A stretch of DNA of 64,000 nt from Candidatus Kapaibacterium sp. (GTDB lineage Bacteria > Bacteroidota > Ignavibacteria > Kapaibacteriales > UBA2268): positions 4,320,001 to 4,384,000 of the forward strand of contig OY762428.1 of NCBI GenBank assembly GCA_963665665.1, read 5' to 3'. The number at the start of each line of letters is the position of its first letter. The first letter of the stretch is position 1. Made by a program: the position numbers and the translations under genes. The notes under the pieces are model-generated. The model had not been told where the DNA came from. It did no database searches and saw only the letters and a list, made by a program, of their open reading frames with translations. Below are positions 62,490 to 64,000 of the stretch, piece after piece.

Positions 62490-64000
62490 TTACCTTCCTC
62501 TCTTATTTCTCATATTCAAACTCCTCCTAAGGGCAATATCAATATCACTGCCTTTGAGAGTTGTTTTCAATTCCTGTCCGGCAAGAATAGCTTTCAGGCT
62601 TCTGATCTCTGAAAGGAGTTGTGAATTGGCTCCGGCAGATGCCATTTGTACTGTTGCTATTAACTGATCATCCCTGAATATCCATTCCCTGTTTCTTCCT
62701 CCGAGAGTTGTTGCATCACCAATCAGGGCAAAAGTCGGTTCATCTATTCGGCCTCCGGAAGAAAAACTGAGAATTGAGCTTATTACCGGATCGGTAACTG
62801 CTTTTACAGCTGCATTGACTACTGCCGTGATTACTGGAATAGAAACTACGTTTGCCGGAAAAGGCAGAGCAGACAGATATTCCATTGTTCCCGGAGAAAG
62901 AATCAGGTCAAGGACAAAAGCTGATGCCTTTGCCTGAAGCATTCCTGCAAGCTGACCGAAGAATTTACGCCAGTTTTCGGCTGCTGCATCGGGATCAGCT
63001 GCAAATAGATTTGTCAGGCTGTCCGTTACAGTAGTTTGCAGGCCGCCAACTAAAATTCCTATTGAATCAGCTTTCTGAGAAAGAAGCGATTCTGTATCCT
63101 GTAACTGTGAACTTAGGGATTCATAGGCTTCCCGGTCTGCTTTACTGTCAAATATTGGTTTGCCTGCTTCATCAAATGCTTTAGCTTTTTCAGCTAACAA
63201 TGCCAATTGATCCTGTAAAGAATGTCTTTGCAAGTTCAGGTTCTCTTCGTCTTTTCTGCGTTGCAGTTCAAGTTCCAATCCATTTCTCTGAGATTCGAGA
63301 ATGGTTTGTTGTTTTGCATACTCTTCTTCTTTCTCAGATCTTTTCTTTCTACCGGATTCTTCAATCTCAGCTTTTCGCTTTTCAAACTCCTCGGCAGATA
63401 TTGCTTCCATGTTCCGCCATTTTTCGAGTTCCGCAATCTTTGCCTTTTCATCAGATACAATTTTCTTCAGGTCATCATCTTTATCGGAACTAATTTTCTT
63501 TTCTCCGGCAGATGAATATATCTCATTGAACCTGTCTAACAGCTCTTCTTCCTTCTTATACTTGTCTTCAATTTCCTTTATCCTGCCTTCTTCAAATTTC
63601 TTAAGCTCATCAAGCCTTGACTGATATATCTTATCTTCAAGGTCTTTGATAGCCTGCATAGTCTCAAACTCTTCATTTTGAAGTTTCAGATTCTGGTTCC
63701 TAACTTCTCGTACCTTTAAACCAAACTGAATCCTTATCCTTTCCTTTTCCTGTTCAGCATTTTCACCGGATACCTTGGCAAGCTCTGCATTCATCTGCCT
63801 GTTCAGTTCGATTATCTCATCATTTCCGGATTCAATGGCATCTCTTAATCCGGACAGCTTGCCCTGATATTCCTCGACAACTCCTTCATATATATCTTCA
63901 TCTTTGATGCCTATTGATATTTCCCATTCGATTTTCTTCTGTTCAAGCTCCTTAAGTTTGTCCTGCATATCAATATCATCTGCTTTGAGTTTCAGCTTTA
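62490..64000 (-). CDS. Phage tail tape-measure-like protein, C-terminal part (start beyond the window)
   Basis: Long Glu/Lys coiled coil, an Ala-rich hydrophobic segment, then FSSGGRIDEPTFALIGD...REWIF and LKGSDI, typical of tape-measure C-termini. The frame stays open to the window edge. Confidence 0.75.
   Translation of the reverse strand, partial: KLKLKADDIDMQDKLKELEQKKIEWEISIGIKDEDIYEGVVEEYQGKLSGLRDAIESGNDEIIELNRQMNAELAKVSGENAEQEKERIRIQFGLKVREVRNQNLKLQNEEFETMQAIKDLEDKIYQSRLDELKKFEEGRIKEIEDKYKKEEELLDRFNEIYSSAGEKKISSDKDDDLKKIVSDEKAKIAELEKWRNMEAISAEEFEKRKAEIEESGRKKRSEKEEEYAKQQTILESQRNGLELELQRRKDEENLNLQRHSLQDQLALLAEKAKAFDEAGKPIFDSKADREAYESLSSQLQDTESLLSQKADSIGILVGGLQTTVTDSLTNLFAADPDAAAENWRKFFGQLAGMLQAKASAFVLDLILSPGTMEYLSALPFPANVVSIPVITAVVNAAVKAVTDPVISSILSFSSGGRIDEPTFALIGDATTLGGRNREWIFRDDQLIATVQMASAGANSQLLSEIRSLKAILAGQELKTTLKGSDIDIALRRSLNMRNKRGR

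Larger units (their letters stand above)
56954..64000. mobile_element. Left end of a prophage-like or integrative element at the tmRNA 3' end
   Basis: Abrupt switch to RM, HTH and tape-measure genes after ssrA; tandem TGTCCTA repeats at 57012 and 57023. The integrase and the other att site are not in the window. Confidence 0.65.

Overview
Chromosomal window from an FCB-group bacterium, most consistent with the Ignavibacteria/Kapabacteria/Chlorobi side of Bacteroidota (inference from T9SS-type C-terminal domains, a SprE/PorW-like lipoprotein, TAnnTTTG promoter boxes alongside SD-like RBSs, and tmRNA tag ADNNYAMAA). The core has an ABC-F ATPase, sdhCAB, two NSS transporters, a PAS-kinase/sigma54 regulator pair with a Che cluster (HEAT, CheR, two CheY, CheZ-like, CheA, CheB), an LhgO-like oxidoreductase, mscS, corA, recA/recX, DPP-IV, MTAP, an L,D-transpeptidase, purA, TetR-TolC-HlyD and dacB. 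Both ends look accessory. On the left, a beta-helix repeat protein (missed by the ORF track) and a truncated IS1380 lie downstream of tRNA-Lys(CTT). On the right, an element next to tmRNA carries an Eco57I/BpmI-type Type IIG RM pair, an HTH regulator with an apparent operator, and a tape-measure-like gene with no tail genes after it. The most unexplained signals are two related intergenic arrays with strict 21-bp phasing (conserved core plus variable 7-mer), the SprE-Che gene linkage and the orphan tape-measure gene. No database searches were run; family calls come from visible motifs and recall.
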